From an uncultured Dehalococcoidia bacterium (lineage in GTDB: Bacteria; Chloroflexota; Dehalococcoidia; Lucifugimonadales; JAAXIE01), in the NCBI GenBank assembly GCA_951813255.1, contig OX638353.1, positions 3,084,782 to 3,148,781 of the forward strand: a DNA stretch of 64,000 nucleotides, written 5' to 3'. Of the stretch, positions 18,337 through 27,725 are shown in pieces. Position 1 is the first letter of the stretch. Every line of letters starts with the position of its first letter. The position numbers were made by a program, and so were the translations under genes. The notes below the pieces were generated by a model. That model saw nothing but the letters and a program-made list of their open reading frames with translations, ran no database searches and was not told where the DNA came from.

Positions 18337-18450
18337 ATGACGTCAGACGGGACAGTCGCAACCATGGTGGAGCGGTTCCAGCCAAGCCGAGTTCTACTGT
18401 TCGGCTCCCGCTCTCGAGGCACTTGCAGTGAGCGGACGATGTTGATTCCT
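18337..18450 (+). pseudogene. truncated, frameshifted MNT nucleotidyltransferase remnant
   Basis: MTSDGTVATMVERFQPSRVLLFGSRSRGT parallels intact MNT MTSDGTVATMVERIVERFQPCRVMLFGSRAKGT. It then loses frame before the DxD motif and is cut off by the convergent oxidoreductase gene. Confidence 0.7.
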
Positions 18451-18451
18451 T

Positions 18452-19426
18452 CTACGGACGCAACAACACCTTCCCAAAGCTTCTCCTGTCCGCTAGATGG
18501 CGGTGGGCGTTGCCTGCCTCGCTTAGGGGGAAGACGCGGTCGATTACGGTGCGGAGCTTGCCTTGAGCGCAGAGGTCGAGAATGGTCTGGAGTTCCTGCA
18601 TGACTCCTCCGGAGCTCATCTGGGCGGCTAGGGAGAAGCCCTGAAGGGTGAGGAGGCGGTTGAGCATGAGGCCCGGTTCGACGGTGGCGGGCTGGCGGCT
18701 GGTGTTTCCGACGGTGACGGCGCGGCCACTCATGGCTAGGGCTTGGATGCTCTTGGTAAGCACCTCGCCGCCAACGGCCTCAAGTACAACATCAACACCT
18801 GCCCGGTCCGTGATGGACATCGTCTCGGTGAGGAAGTCGGCTTCGGTGTAGTTGATGCAGTGGTCTGCGCCGAGTTCGCGGGCCTTGTCGAGTTTGTCCT
18901 GGGAGCCGGCGGTGGTTATGACGGTGCAGCCCATATGCTTGGCGATCTGGATGCCTGCCATGCCCACGCCACTGCCTGCAGACTGGATGAGGGCCGTCTC
19001 GCCTTGCTTGAGGTTGGCGACGTTACGAAGGGAGAACCAAGAGGTGAGGAAGACTATGGGGATGCTGGCGGCCTCGTCGAAGGAGACCCCATCGGGTATG
19101 GGAACGGTGCCTGCCTCGTTGACGGCGGTCATCTCGGCGTAGCCGCCGTGGGGCAGAGTGGCGACCACCCGCTGGCCGACTTGCCGGGTGCTGACTTCGG
19201 AGCCGACGGCGACAATCGTGCCAGCAACGTCCCAGCCGATGATCAGGGGCAGAGAGGGCGCTGCGCCACCGCCATAGCTGCCATCGCGTCGGAAGAGGTC
19301 GCCACGGTTGACGGAGGCCGACTCGATGCGGAGGAGCACTTGGCGGGGGCGGGGCTCAGGGTCGGGGACATCCTCGTAGCGGAATACGTCCTCGTTGCCT
19401 GTCTCGTGGATGATGGCGGCTTTCAT
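18452..19426 (-). CDS. NADPH:quinone oxidoreductase / MDR-family dehydrogenase
   Basis: 324 aa. VLLRIESASVNRGD and SAGSGVGMAGIQIAK. Confidence 0.85.
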   Translation of the reverse strand: MKAAIIHETGNEDVFRYEDVPDPEPRPRQVLLRIESASVNRGDLFRRDGSYGGGAAPSLPLIIGWDVAGTIVAVGSEVSTRQVGQRVVATLPHGGYAEMTAVNEAGTVPIPDGVSFDEAASIPIVFLTSWFSLRNVANLKQGETALIQSAGSGVGMAGIQIAKHMGCTVITTAGSQDKLDKARELGADHCINYTEADFLTETMSITDRAGVDVVLEAVGGEVLTKSIQALAMSGRAVTVGNTSRQPATVEPGLMLNRLLTLQGFSLAAQMSSGGVMQELQTILDLCAQGKLRTVIDRVFPLSEAGNAHRHLADRRSFGKVLLRP

Positions 19427-21063
19427 TGCGTCCCTCCACTGGTCGTTGGTGCCGTTGGTGCCGCGCTGGCATATTGCTGGCGCAGCACCTTCTTATCGAA
19501 CTTGCCCACGGCAGTCTTGGGCATTTCATCGATGAATATCACGTCGTCGGGGAGCCACCAGCGTGCGAACTTGTCCTCCAAGTGGGCGAGCACGGTATCG
19601 CGGTCCAGGGAGTCCCTGTGCTCGGCGGTGGGCACCACGTAGGCCAGTGGGCGTTCCTGCCAGCGATCGTGGGGGATGCCAATGACGGCGGCTTCGTAGA
19701 CGGCGGGGTGGGCCATGATGGCTGCTTCGAGATCGACGGAGGAGATCCATTCGCCACCGCTTTTCACCATGTCCTTGGCCCGGTCGACGATCTGGACATA
19801 GCCCTCGGGATCGACGGTGACCACATCACCGGTGTGGTACCAGCCGTCGATGAAGGTGTCGCCAGAGCGCTCGTCGTCCAAGTACTCGCCGGCGACCCAA
19901 GGGCCACGGACAAGGAGTTCGCCTGAGTTCACACCGTCCCACGGGAGGTCTGTGCCGTTTTCGTCTACCAGCCGTATCTCCAAACCGGCAACGGGTAGGC
20001 CCTGCTTGACGCGGACATTCATTTTGGCGTCGTCGTCCCATGATTCCATGTGGCTCTTGTAGTTACAGATGGTGACGAGAGGAGTTGCCTCGGTCATGCC
20101 GTAGGCATGGGTCATGGGGATGCCCATGTCGTCGAAGGCCCGGAACATGTAAGGAGGTACGGCAGACCCACCGCTGACCAGGGAGCGCAGGCTACTCAAG
20201 TCGCAGGAACCTTCAGAGCGGGCGACGTAATCCAGCACGCCAATCCAGATGGTGGGGACGCCGAGGCTGATGGTGACCTTTTCCTGCTGGATGAGGTTGC
20301 AGACGGCGGCGGCATCGGGCCGGGGTCCGGGAAGAACAAGTGTGGCGCCGAGGAAGGCCGAGGTGTAGGGGACGCCCCAGGTGTTGGCGTGGAACATGGG
20401 GACCACCGGGAGAATCACATCGCGCTCGCTGAGGGAGAGGGAGTCGGTCATGCACTGCGTCAGAGTGTGGAGGTAGAGGCCACGATGGGAGTATGTCACG
20501 CCCTTGGGGTCCCCAGTGGTGGCTGAGGTGTAGCAGAGGCCAGCAGGGTCGTCTTCTCCGAGTTCCGGGAAGTCGTAGCTGTCGGAGGCCTGTGCCATGA
20601 GAGTTTCGTAATCGTGGGCGTTGGGCAGGCCTTGGGACGCGATCTCGTCATCGGTCATCACTACGAACTGCTTCACCGTTTCCAGCCGTGGCGCGATGGC
20701 TTCGATGGCGGGGAGCAGGTCCTCGTCTATGAGAAGCACCTTGTCTTTGGCGTGGTTGATGATGTGGACGAGGTCGTTGGGGGCGAGGCGGATGTTGATG
20801 GTATGGACTACTGCACCCATACAGGGGGCGGCGAAATACGCCTCGAGGTAGCGGTAGGTGTTCCAGCCGAAGACTCCGACGCGGTCGCCCTTTTCGACGC
20901 CGAGGGATGACAGGACGTTCGACAGGCGGCAGACGCGTGTGTAGAGGTCGGCATAGGAGTAGCGGTGGATGCTGCCGGGCAGACGGGTGACGACTTCCTT
21001 GCGCGGGAAGTAGATGCGCGCACGATTCAGGATGCTGGTTATGGTCAACGGGTATTTCATCAT
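19423..21063 (-). CDS. AMP-dependent acyl-CoA synthetase (fatty-acid-CoA ligase family)
   Basis: AMP-binding motifs YTSATTGDPKGV, YGMTE, GWYHTGD, GGEWISS. ATG at 21063 (MMKYPL...) has a GGAGA RBS; the ORF can extend to 21114. Confidence 0.85.
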   Translation of the reverse strand: MMKYPLTITSILNRARIYFPRKEVVTRLPGSIHRYSYADLYTRVCRLSNVLSSLGVEKGDRVGVFGWNTYRYLEAYFAAPCMGAVVHTINIRLAPNDLVHIINHAKDKVLLIDEDLLPAIEAIAPRLETVKQFVVMTDDEIASQGLPNAHDYETLMAQASDSYDFPELGEDDPAGLCYTSATTGDPKGVTYSHRGLYLHTLTQCMTDSLSLSERDVILPVVPMFHANTWGVPYTSAFLGATLVLPGPRPDAAAVCNLIQQEKVTISLGVPTIWIGVLDYVARSEGSCDLSSLRSLVSGGSAVPPYMFRAFDDMGIPMTHAYGMTEATPLVTICNYKSHMESWDDDAKMNVRVKQGLPVAGLEIRLVDENGTDLPWDGVNSGELLVRGPWVAGEYLDDERSGDTFIDGWYHTGDVVTVDPEGYVQIVDRAKDMVKSGGEWISSVDLEAAIMAHPAVYEAAVIGIPHDRWQERPLAYVVPTAEHRDSLDRDTVLAHLEDKFARWWLPDDVIFIDEMPKTAVGKFDKKVLRQQYASAAPTAPTTSGGTQ

Positions 21064-21184
21064 GGTGCTGTCTCCGAAAGCCCGCTGGATGGATTCCATT
21101 CTATTCGGGTGCATGGGAAGCGTACAACGTCGTCGTCACGATGACTCTAGGAAACGGAAAATGTATAAGTTCATCAAAAACGTA

Positions 21185-21214
21185 TTGACTTAACATTGAA
21201 GTACATGCTAGTGT
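21185..21214 (+). promoter_or_regulatory. sigma70-like promoter candidate for SBP gene 1
   Basis: TTGACT, 18-nt spacer, TAGTGT, about 85 nt upstream of the ATG. Confidence 0.35.
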
Positions 21215-21298
21215 CGCGCTGTTTGTGGTGAGCATTCGACTTCCATAAGCTGCGATTGATCTACGGTATCGTCCTTATCTTCCAACTGGAGGTGGCCG

Positions 21299-23215
21299 AT
21301 GGTAGGTTCAAGAAGATTCAGGGCAGCGATAATCGGAGTAATGCTGCTGATGCTGGCGGTGATCATCGCCTGCGGCGAGGAAGCCACGGAGACAGCGGCG
21401 CCAACTGCCGCGACCGCCGCGCCCCCGGCGGCGGAAATTGTGACCCTTCCCCCATCGGTCACGGGACAGACTCCTGTTGCGACCGCCACCACAGCCGCCG
21501 CAGTTCCCGCTACACCCACTCCCGGAACCGTGCCCGAAGGCACCTTGGACGTGGGCATGGCAGTTCTTGGCCCTTACGTAGCGACCAACTACGAGGCGGG
21601 CTACTTCCAGAACAGGTTCGCTGAGCTGGTGACCCACGAGACCCTTTTCATCATGGGGTATGACGGCGAGTGGGAGCACCGCTTGGTGACAGGGTTTGAC
21701 GTCTCGCCTGATGGGCTGACCTACACGATCAGACTACAGGAAGGCGCCAAGTGGCATAACAGGACCAACCCCGGCGAGTGGGGTGAGTTCAACGCCGACG
21801 ATTTCATCTGGTCAATCGGTGAGATTGCCCGTGAAGGCGGGTCGCACGTGCAGAACGGCAACACCCGTAAGGTGTTCAGGTGCGATGGGTGCGAGCTGAC
21901 CAAGATTGACGATTACACGGTGCAACTCAAGCGCCCCACCCCCACTTTCCAGCTTACCTGGTACAGCCAAGCCCCCATCCCCGGCTTCTCCATGAACAGC
22001 AAGAAGCATTTCGACGCTGTGACCCCGGAAGAAGCGGTGTTGCAGGATGTGGGCACTGCCCCTTGGGAGATGGTGGAGCACAAGACCGACGAACTCCGCC
22101 GGATGCGCGCAGTCGAGGACCACTGGCGGCACGTCCCGGAGTTCGCCGAGATGATCTGGTGGGACATACCGGAAGAGTCCACCAAGCTGGCCAACTTCCA
22201 AGCTGGACAGCTGGATACGGGCATCTTCAACTCGGACTCCATACAGGCCATGAAGGACGACCCCGTCAATAACCTGACCTTTATGGTCTTCCCCGCCGCC
22301 ATCATCCAGATGATGTGGTTTGAGGCAAATCACTACACACCCGACTCCCCGCACCACCAGCCGGATGCGGAAGGCAAGGTCAAGGTGCCGGTGGACCCAC
22401 ACTACTCCGACTATCGGAATCTGTGTGACAACGGCGAGAACGGTGATGACACCCGTCCTTGGGTTGCCTGTGACCGGGATGTGAACTCTGCGGAGTGGGA
22501 GCGGGCACGCAAGGTGCGCGAGGCGATGCTCCGGGCCATCAACCGCGACGAGTTGATTAACAACATCGCCTTTGGAGAGGGCGAGCCTTGGTACATCGGC
22601 ATCTGGGCGAACCGTGGGCGGATGCAGCAACTCGGCTTGGACAAGCTGGGGCCGCCTGATGGGCCTAGGCCGATGGACTACGATCCTGAGTTGGCTAAAC
22701 AGTTATTGGTAGAAGCAGGCTACCCCGACGGTTTTGAGGTACCTATTGCCAAGAGGCTGGGTACGGGCACCCTGCTCACAGTCAAAGAGGCCGTTGCAGG
22801 CATGTGGGAGAAGATCGGCCTCACGACCAAGCTGCGGAACGAGCAGCCCGCCTCCTACCGTGTGAAGAGCCAGCAACGTACAGCCATAGACATCTATGGG
22901 CTGAACGACGCGCCCAGCTTCCCGGAACCGCTGCGGGTGTACAGCACGGTCTACACCTCATCCAGTGGTGGCATGTTCGGTGTCAATCACCCCATCATGG
23001 ATGACCTCATTGCCAAGGCGGAAACCACGTATGACACTGACGAGCGTTGGAGGGTGCAGGGAGAGCTGGCTGAGTTCATCTTCGAGAACGTTCTCAGCAT
23101 GCCCCTGTACGCTGAGAACGCGGTCTGGCCTCTCAGTGGCGAGGTGGATTCCTGGCAGGTAGCTCCGGCCGAGTTGGACTGGCTCAGCTACTGGGATATG
23201 CCACGCCGGAAGTAA
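21299..23215 (+). CDS. ABC-transporter family-5 (peptide/oligosaccharide-type) substrate-binding lipoprotein, paralog 1
   Basis: 638 aa. Lipobox LAVIIACGEE, Ala/Thr/Pro tether, then an SBP_bac_5-like body. GGAGG RBS. Confidence 0.8.
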   Translation: MVGSRRFRAAIIGVMLLMLAVIIACGEEATETAAPTAATAAPPAAEIVTLPPSVTGQTPVATATTAAAVPATPTPGTVPEGTLDVGMAVLGPYVATNYEAGYFQNRFAELVTHETLFIMGYDGEWEHRLVTGFDVSPDGLTYTIRLQEGAKWHNRTNPGEWGEFNADDFIWSIGEIAREGGSHVQNGNTRKVFRCDGCELTKIDDYTVQLKRPTPTFQLTWYSQAPIPGFSMNSKKHFDAVTPEEAVLQDVGTAPWEMVEHKTDELRRMRAVEDHWRHVPEFAEMIWWDIPEESTKLANFQAGQLDTGIFNSDSIQAMKDDPVNNLTFMVFPAAIIQMMWFEANHYTPDSPHHQPDAEGKVKVPVDPHYSDYRNLCDNGENGDDTRPWVACDRDVNSAEWERARKVREAMLRAINRDELINNIAFGEGEPWYIGIWANRGRMQQLGLDKLGPPDGPRPMDYDPELAKQLLVEAGYPDGFEVPIAKRLGTGTLLTVKEAVAGMWEKIGLTTKLRNEQPASYRVKSQQRTAIDIYGLNDAPSFPEPLRVYSTVYTSSSGGMFGVNHPIMDDLIAKAETTYDTDERWRVQGELAEFIFENVLSMPLYAENAVWPLSGEVDSWQVAPAELDWLSYWDMPRRK

Positions 23216-23249
23216 TAACGCAGCATTCGCGAAAAAAGTGACCGAACGA

Positions 23250-23287
23250 AAGAGCCCCGGCTAGTGTGGCCGGGGCTCTTCTGGTTT
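23250..23287 (+). terminator. terminator hairpin after SBP gene 1
   Basis: AAGAGCCCCGGC (23250-23261), 7-nt loop, GCCGGGGCTCTT (23269-23280), then CTGGTTT. Confidence 0.55.
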
Positions 23288-23404
23288 CGAAAGGAGCAAC
23301 TTCGCCATATTACGCGCAATGGCATAGGCTCTCACAAGGGCTGGGACGGGTCCGTTGTACTCCCAGGTGTGCAGGAATGCGGTAAACAACAGACCATTTA
23401 TGGA

Positions 23405-23433
23405 TTGACGAGGGGCAAAGGCTCTGCTAACCT
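23405..23433 (+). promoter_or_regulatory. sigma70-like promoter candidate for SBP gene 2
   Basis: TTGACG, 17-nt spacer, TAACCT. The -10 region CTCTGCTAACCTACACCGTCGC is conserved with promoter 3. Confidence 0.4.
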
Positions 23434-23510
23434 ACACCGTCGCCTTGAGGGGCGCCTATTTGATGTTGGGTGCCTCACTGGGTATTGGCATACTTGATTG
23501 GAGGTCACGG

Positions 23511-25460
23511 ATGTTAGGTACTTGGAGAGGCAAATCCGTGATAGTAGGGGTGCTGCTCCTGCTGTTAGCGGTGATCATAGCTTGCGGAGAAGAGGCAACG
23601 GATGCGCCGGCCCCGGCTGCAACAGCCACGTCGGCAGCTGAGGTCGTAACTCTGCCCCCATCGGTTACCGGTCAGACACCGGTTGCCACACAGGCTCCGG
23701 TAGCGGCAACGCCTGAAGCCGACGATGCAATGATGGCAATGAAACCCGAAGGCACGTTGGACGTCGGCATGGCCAACCTTGGTCCCTATGTGGCCACCAA
23801 CTACGATGCTGGCTACTTCCAGAACCGCTTTGCAGAGCTGGTTACCCACGAGACCCTGTTCGTCATGGGATACGACGGTGAGTGGGAACACCGCTTGGTG
23901 AAGAGTTTCGATGTTTCGCCCGATGCCCTCACTTACACGATTCGTCTGCAGGAGGGCGCCAAGTGGCACGCTGGAGCTGAGTCCCAAGGCGATTGGGGCA
24001 ATCTCAATGCCGACGACTTCATATGGTCCATCGGTGAGATATCTAAAGAAGGCGGGAAGCATGTGCAGCGCGGAAACACCGAAAAGGTGTTCGGCTGTGA
24101 CGGTTGCAGCCTGACCAAGATCGACGACCTGACTGTTGAGCTAAAGCGACCGACCCCCACCTTCCAGCTCACTTGGTTCAGCCAAGCCCCCATCCCCGGT
24201 TTCTCCATGAATAGCAAGACGCATTACGACACTGTAGGTCAGGATGTGGCGTTGCTGGAGGACGTGGGTACCGCTCCTTGGGAAATGGTAGAACACCGCA
24301 CGGACGTGCGTCGCCACATGAAGGCGGTTGAGGACCACTGGAGGCACACTCCTGAGTTCGCCGAAATGATCTGGCACGACATACCGGAAGAGTCCACCCG
24401 CTTGGCCAACTTCCTAGCTGGCGAATTGGACACCGGTATCTTCAACTCGGACTCACGTCAGGCGATCCAGGATGCCATCAGCTCCGGCACCCACCCGGAC
24501 ACGAAGTTCATGGTCTTCCCTGCTGCCATCATCCAGATGATGTGGCATGAGGGCGGACACTACACCCCGGACTCCAAGCACCACCAGCCCAACGAAGAGG
24601 GCGACATACCCAACGACATCGACGATTTCATTGGTAACTTTGAGAACATCTGCGACGACTCCGAGATCGTAAACGGTGTTGCGACGGAGATGAGCTCTGA
24701 CGATCGTCGGCCGTGGATTTCCTGCGACCGCGATGTCAACTCCCCTGAGTGGGAGCGAGCGCGGAAGGTCCGCGAGGCTATGCTGCGCAGTATCGACCGC
24801 GATAGCCTCATCAACAACATCGCCTTCGGCGAGGGCGAGCCTTGGTTCGTCGGCATCTGGGCCAACCGTGGCCGGATGCAGCAACTGGGATTGGATACGC
24901 TGGGCCCTGGCGACATGGACTATGACCCTGTCGCTGCCCAGGAACTCCTGGCAGAAGCCGGTTACGCTGACGGGTTTGCCGTTCGCGTGAACAAGCGCCT
25001 AGGCACGGGCACCCTTCTGTTGGTAAAGGATGCTGTGGCCACTGACTGGCTCGAAATGGGCTTGGATGTGACACTGCAGAACCAGCAGCCCGCTGCATAC
25101 CGTGTGACTAGCCAAGCACGGAAAGTAAACGACATCTACGGGTTGAACGACGCTCCCAGCTTCCCCGAGCCCCTCAGGGTTTACAGCACGGTGTACACGT
25201 CTTCAGGGACCAACCTGTTCGGTATCAACCACCCGGACATGGACCAGTTCATCCTGGACGCGGAAGCCGAGCTGGACACCGATGCACGGTGGGGGATACA
25301 GGGTGAATTGGCTAAGTTCATCTACGAGAACGTGCTGAGCATGCCTCTGTACGCTGAAAACGCCGTATGGCCTCTTGGGCCTGAGGTAGACTCCTGGCAG
25401 GCCTCCCCTGCCGAGCTCGACTGGCTGAGCTACTGGGACCACCCACGGCGTCGCCAGTAA
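23511..25460 (+). CDS. ABC-transporter family-5 substrate-binding lipoprotein, paralog 2
   Basis: Start moved to ATG 23511 (GGAGGT RBS; MLGTWRGKSVIVGVLLLLLAVIIACGEE). Collinear with paralogs 1 and 3. Confidence 0.8.
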   Translation: MLGTWRGKSVIVGVLLLLLAVIIACGEEATDAPAPAATATSAAEVVTLPPSVTGQTPVATQAPVAATPEADDAMMAMKPEGTLDVGMANLGPYVATNYDAGYFQNRFAELVTHETLFVMGYDGEWEHRLVKSFDVSPDALTYTIRLQEGAKWHAGAESQGDWGNLNADDFIWSIGEISKEGGKHVQRGNTEKVFGCDGCSLTKIDDLTVELKRPTPTFQLTWFSQAPIPGFSMNSKTHYDTVGQDVALLEDVGTAPWEMVEHRTDVRRHMKAVEDHWRHTPEFAEMIWHDIPEESTRLANFLAGELDTGIFNSDSRQAIQDAISSGTHPDTKFMVFPAAIIQMMWHEGGHYTPDSKHHQPNEEGDIPNDIDDFIGNFENICDDSEIVNGVATEMSSDDRRPWISCDRDVNSPEWERARKVREAMLRSIDRDSLINNIAFGEGEPWFVGIWANRGRMQQLGLDTLGPGDMDYDPVAAQELLAEAGYADGFAVRVNKRLGTGTLLLVKDAVATDWLEMGLDVTLQNQQPAAYRVTSQARKVNDIYGLNDAPSFPEPLRVYSTVYTSSGTNLFGINHPDMDQFILDAEAELDTDARWGIQGELAKFIYENVLSMPLYAENAVWPLGPEVDSWQASPAELDWLSYWDHPRRRQ

Positions 25461-25488
25461 ACCAGTCTCAACCCAGAGTGCAAATGCG

Positions 25489-25522
25489 GAGCCCCGGCCA
25501 TGTGGCCGGGGCTCTTCTTTTT
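25489..25522 (+). terminator. rho-independent terminator after SBP gene 2
   Basis: GAGCCCCGGCC, 4-nt loop, GGCCGGGGCTC, followed by TTCTTTTT. Confidence 0.7.
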
Positions 25523-25553
25523 CGAGTGGTCAGTCCCGGCCCGTACGAGCCAT

Positions 25554-25582
25554 TTGACTAAGTATTGGCGCTCTGCTAGCCT
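25554..25582 (+). promoter_or_regulatory. sigma70-like promoter candidate for SBP gene 3
   Basis: TTGACT, 17-nt spacer, TAGCCT. CTCTGCTAGCCTACGCTGTCGC is conserved with promoter 2. Confidence 0.4.
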
Positions 25583-25661
25583 ACGCTGTCGCTTTAGGTC
25601 ACTCGGCGTTCGGCTTGCTCCGACCAACGCGGCAAGAACTATTTGTAATGGAGGTCTCTGA

Positions 25662-27608
25662 ATGTTTGGTAACAGAGGATCCAAGGCCGCCATAGTGGGG
25701 ATTTTGCTGCTATTGTTGGCGGTCATTATCGCGTGCGGTGAGGAGGCAACGGCTACGCCAGCGCCCGCAGCCACTGCTGCACCCGCTGCCCCTGCAGCGA
25801 CGGCAGCGGCTGCCCAGCCCGCCGCGACGGCAGCCCCTGCAGCCCCTGCAGCACCGGCACCCGCGGCCACCCCCGGAGCGGTGCCTGCGCCAGCCCCGGC
25901 AACGCCTGCGCCGACGGCTGCCATGATGGACGGCGAGAAGCCCGAAGGAACCTTCAACGTGGGCATGTCGGGTCTCGGCCCCTACGTGGCTACGCTCTAT
26001 GATGCAGGCTACTTCAAGAACCGGTTTGCCGAGTTGGTCACACACGAGACCCTCTTCATCATGGACTATGAGGGTGAGTGGGCCCCCCGGCTGATTAAGA
26101 GCTTTGATATCTCCCCCGACGGACTGACCTACACCATGTACCTGCAAGAAGGTGCCAAGTGGCACGCAGGTGCTTCGGCCGCGGGCGACTGGGGTGAGTT
26201 CAACGCCGACGATTTCATCTGGTCAATCGGTGAGATCGCCCGCGAAGGCTCGAACCATGTGCAGTCGGGCAACACTCGCAGGGTGTTCGAGTGCGATGGC
26301 TGCGCGTTGACCAAGATCGACGATTACACAGTGGAGCTCACCCGCCCAGCTCCAACGTTCGAGTTGACGTGGTACAGCCAAGCTCCCATCCCCGGCTTCT
26401 CCATGAACAGCAAGAAGCACTATGAGGCCGTGGGCCAAGACGTGGCGTTGCTGGAAGATGTAGGCACCGCCCCTTGGGAAATGGTGGAACATATCACCGA
26501 CGACCGCCGCGTTATGAAGGCAGTGGAAGACCACTGGCGCCATGTCCCCGATTTTGCGGAGATGGTCTGGCACGACATGCTTGAAGAGTCCACCCGCTTG
26601 GCCAATTTCCAGGGCGGTCTTCTGGACACGGGCATCTTCAACTCGGACTCCGTCCAAGCGATGAAGGACAGTCCCGTTGAGGGGCAGACCTTCATGGTAT
26701 TCCCTGGGGCCATCGTCCAGATGCTGTGGTTCGGTGGCGGCCATTACACACCCGACTCCCCACACCATCATCCTGATGCTAATGGCGACATCCGGGTAAG
26801 GGTGGATGAGGAAGGAACCAGTTACACGTACTTCTGCGACGATGGCAGCGGTGAGGACCAGAGGCGCCCGTGGGTGTCTTGTGATCGGGAGGTCGGCTCT
26901 GAGGACTGGGAGAGGGCTCGCAAGGTACGCGAGGCCATGACCATATCCATCAACCGGCAAGCGCTGATCAACAACATCGCGTTTGGCGAGGGCGAGCCGT
27001 GGTACATCGGCATCTGGGCCAACCGTGGCCGGATGCAGCAACTGGGCCTAAATGACCTGTCGTGGGAATACAACCCCGAGCGGGCCAAGGAACTGCTGAC
27101 TGAGGCAGGTTACCCCGACGGCTTCAAGGTGCCCATCGCCAAGAGGTCCGGCACCGGCACGCTTCTCCTGGTGAAAGACGCCGTGGCCGGTATGTGGGAA
27201 CAGATCGGACTGGAGACCGAGCTACGCAACGTGCAGGCAGCGTCCTACCGGACGATAAGCCAAGCCCGCAAGGCCAACGACATATACGGCCTGAATGATG
27301 CTCCCAGCTTCCCCGAGCCTCTAAGGGTGTATGGCACAGTTTACAGTTCCGACACCAACGACATGTTCGGAGTCAACCACCCGGAGATTGACCGGCTCAT
27401 TGAAAAGATACGGGCGACCTTGGACACCGACGCGCGGTGGGGGGTCCAAGGAGAGTTGGCGGAGTTCATCTTCGACCAGGTATTCAGCATGCCTCTGTAT
27501 GCTGAGAATGCCGTCTGGCCCCTCAGTGGCCGGGTGGGCCCTTGGCAGGCTGCCCCCGCTGAGCTGGACTGGCTGAGCTACTGGGAGATGCCTCCGCGCA
27601 AGAACTAG
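25662..27608 (+). CDS. ABC-transporter family-5 substrate-binding lipoprotein, paralog 3
   Basis: 648 aa. Lipobox LAVIIACGEE, the longest Ala/Pro tether, and a conserved body (NIAFGEGEPWYIGIWANRGRMQQLGL, SMPLYAENAVWPL). Confidence 0.8.
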   Translation: MFGNRGSKAAIVGILLLLLAVIIACGEEATATPAPAATAAPAAPAATAAAAQPAATAAPAAPAAPAPAATPGAVPAPAPATPAPTAAMMDGEKPEGTFNVGMSGLGPYVATLYDAGYFKNRFAELVTHETLFIMDYEGEWAPRLIKSFDISPDGLTYTMYLQEGAKWHAGASAAGDWGEFNADDFIWSIGEIAREGSNHVQSGNTRRVFECDGCALTKIDDYTVELTRPAPTFELTWYSQAPIPGFSMNSKKHYEAVGQDVALLEDVGTAPWEMVEHITDDRRVMKAVEDHWRHVPDFAEMVWHDMLEESTRLANFQGGLLDTGIFNSDSVQAMKDSPVEGQTFMVFPGAIVQMLWFGGGHYTPDSPHHHPDANGDIRVRVDEEGTSYTYFCDDGSGEDQRRPWVSCDREVGSEDWERARKVREAMTISINRQALINNIAFGEGEPWYIGIWANRGRMQQLGLNDLSWEYNPERAKELLTEAGYPDGFKVPIAKRSGTGTLLLVKDAVAGMWEQIGLETELRNVQAASYRTISQARKANDIYGLNDAPSFPEPLRVYGTVYSSDTNDMFGVNHPEIDRLIEKIRATLDTDARWGVQGELAEFIFDQVFSMPLYAENAVWPLSGRVGPWQAAPAELDWLSYWEMPPRKN

Positions 27609-27630
27609 ACCAAGTGTAGCGCTTGCTGCA

Positions 27631-27668
27631 AAAGAGCCCCGGCCGCAATGGCCGGGGCTCTTGTTTTT
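27631..27668. terminator. bidirectional rho-independent terminator (SBP gene 3 / convergent AKR gene)
   Basis: AAAA-GAGCCCCGGCC, 5-nt loop, GGCCGGGGCTC-TTGTTTTT. A-tract on one side and T-tract on the other. Confidence 0.7.
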
Positions 27669-27725
27669 GGGCGACGTTGTCACTGTGCAGGGCGCATACA
27701 TCCCTGGCTACCGGCGTCTATGGTG

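Noticed and set aside
25430-25966. 178-aa Ala-rich minus-strand ORF
   Set aside because: Antisense of the Ala/Pro tether-coding segment and the upstream leader of SBP paralog 3. It is a compositional artefact.
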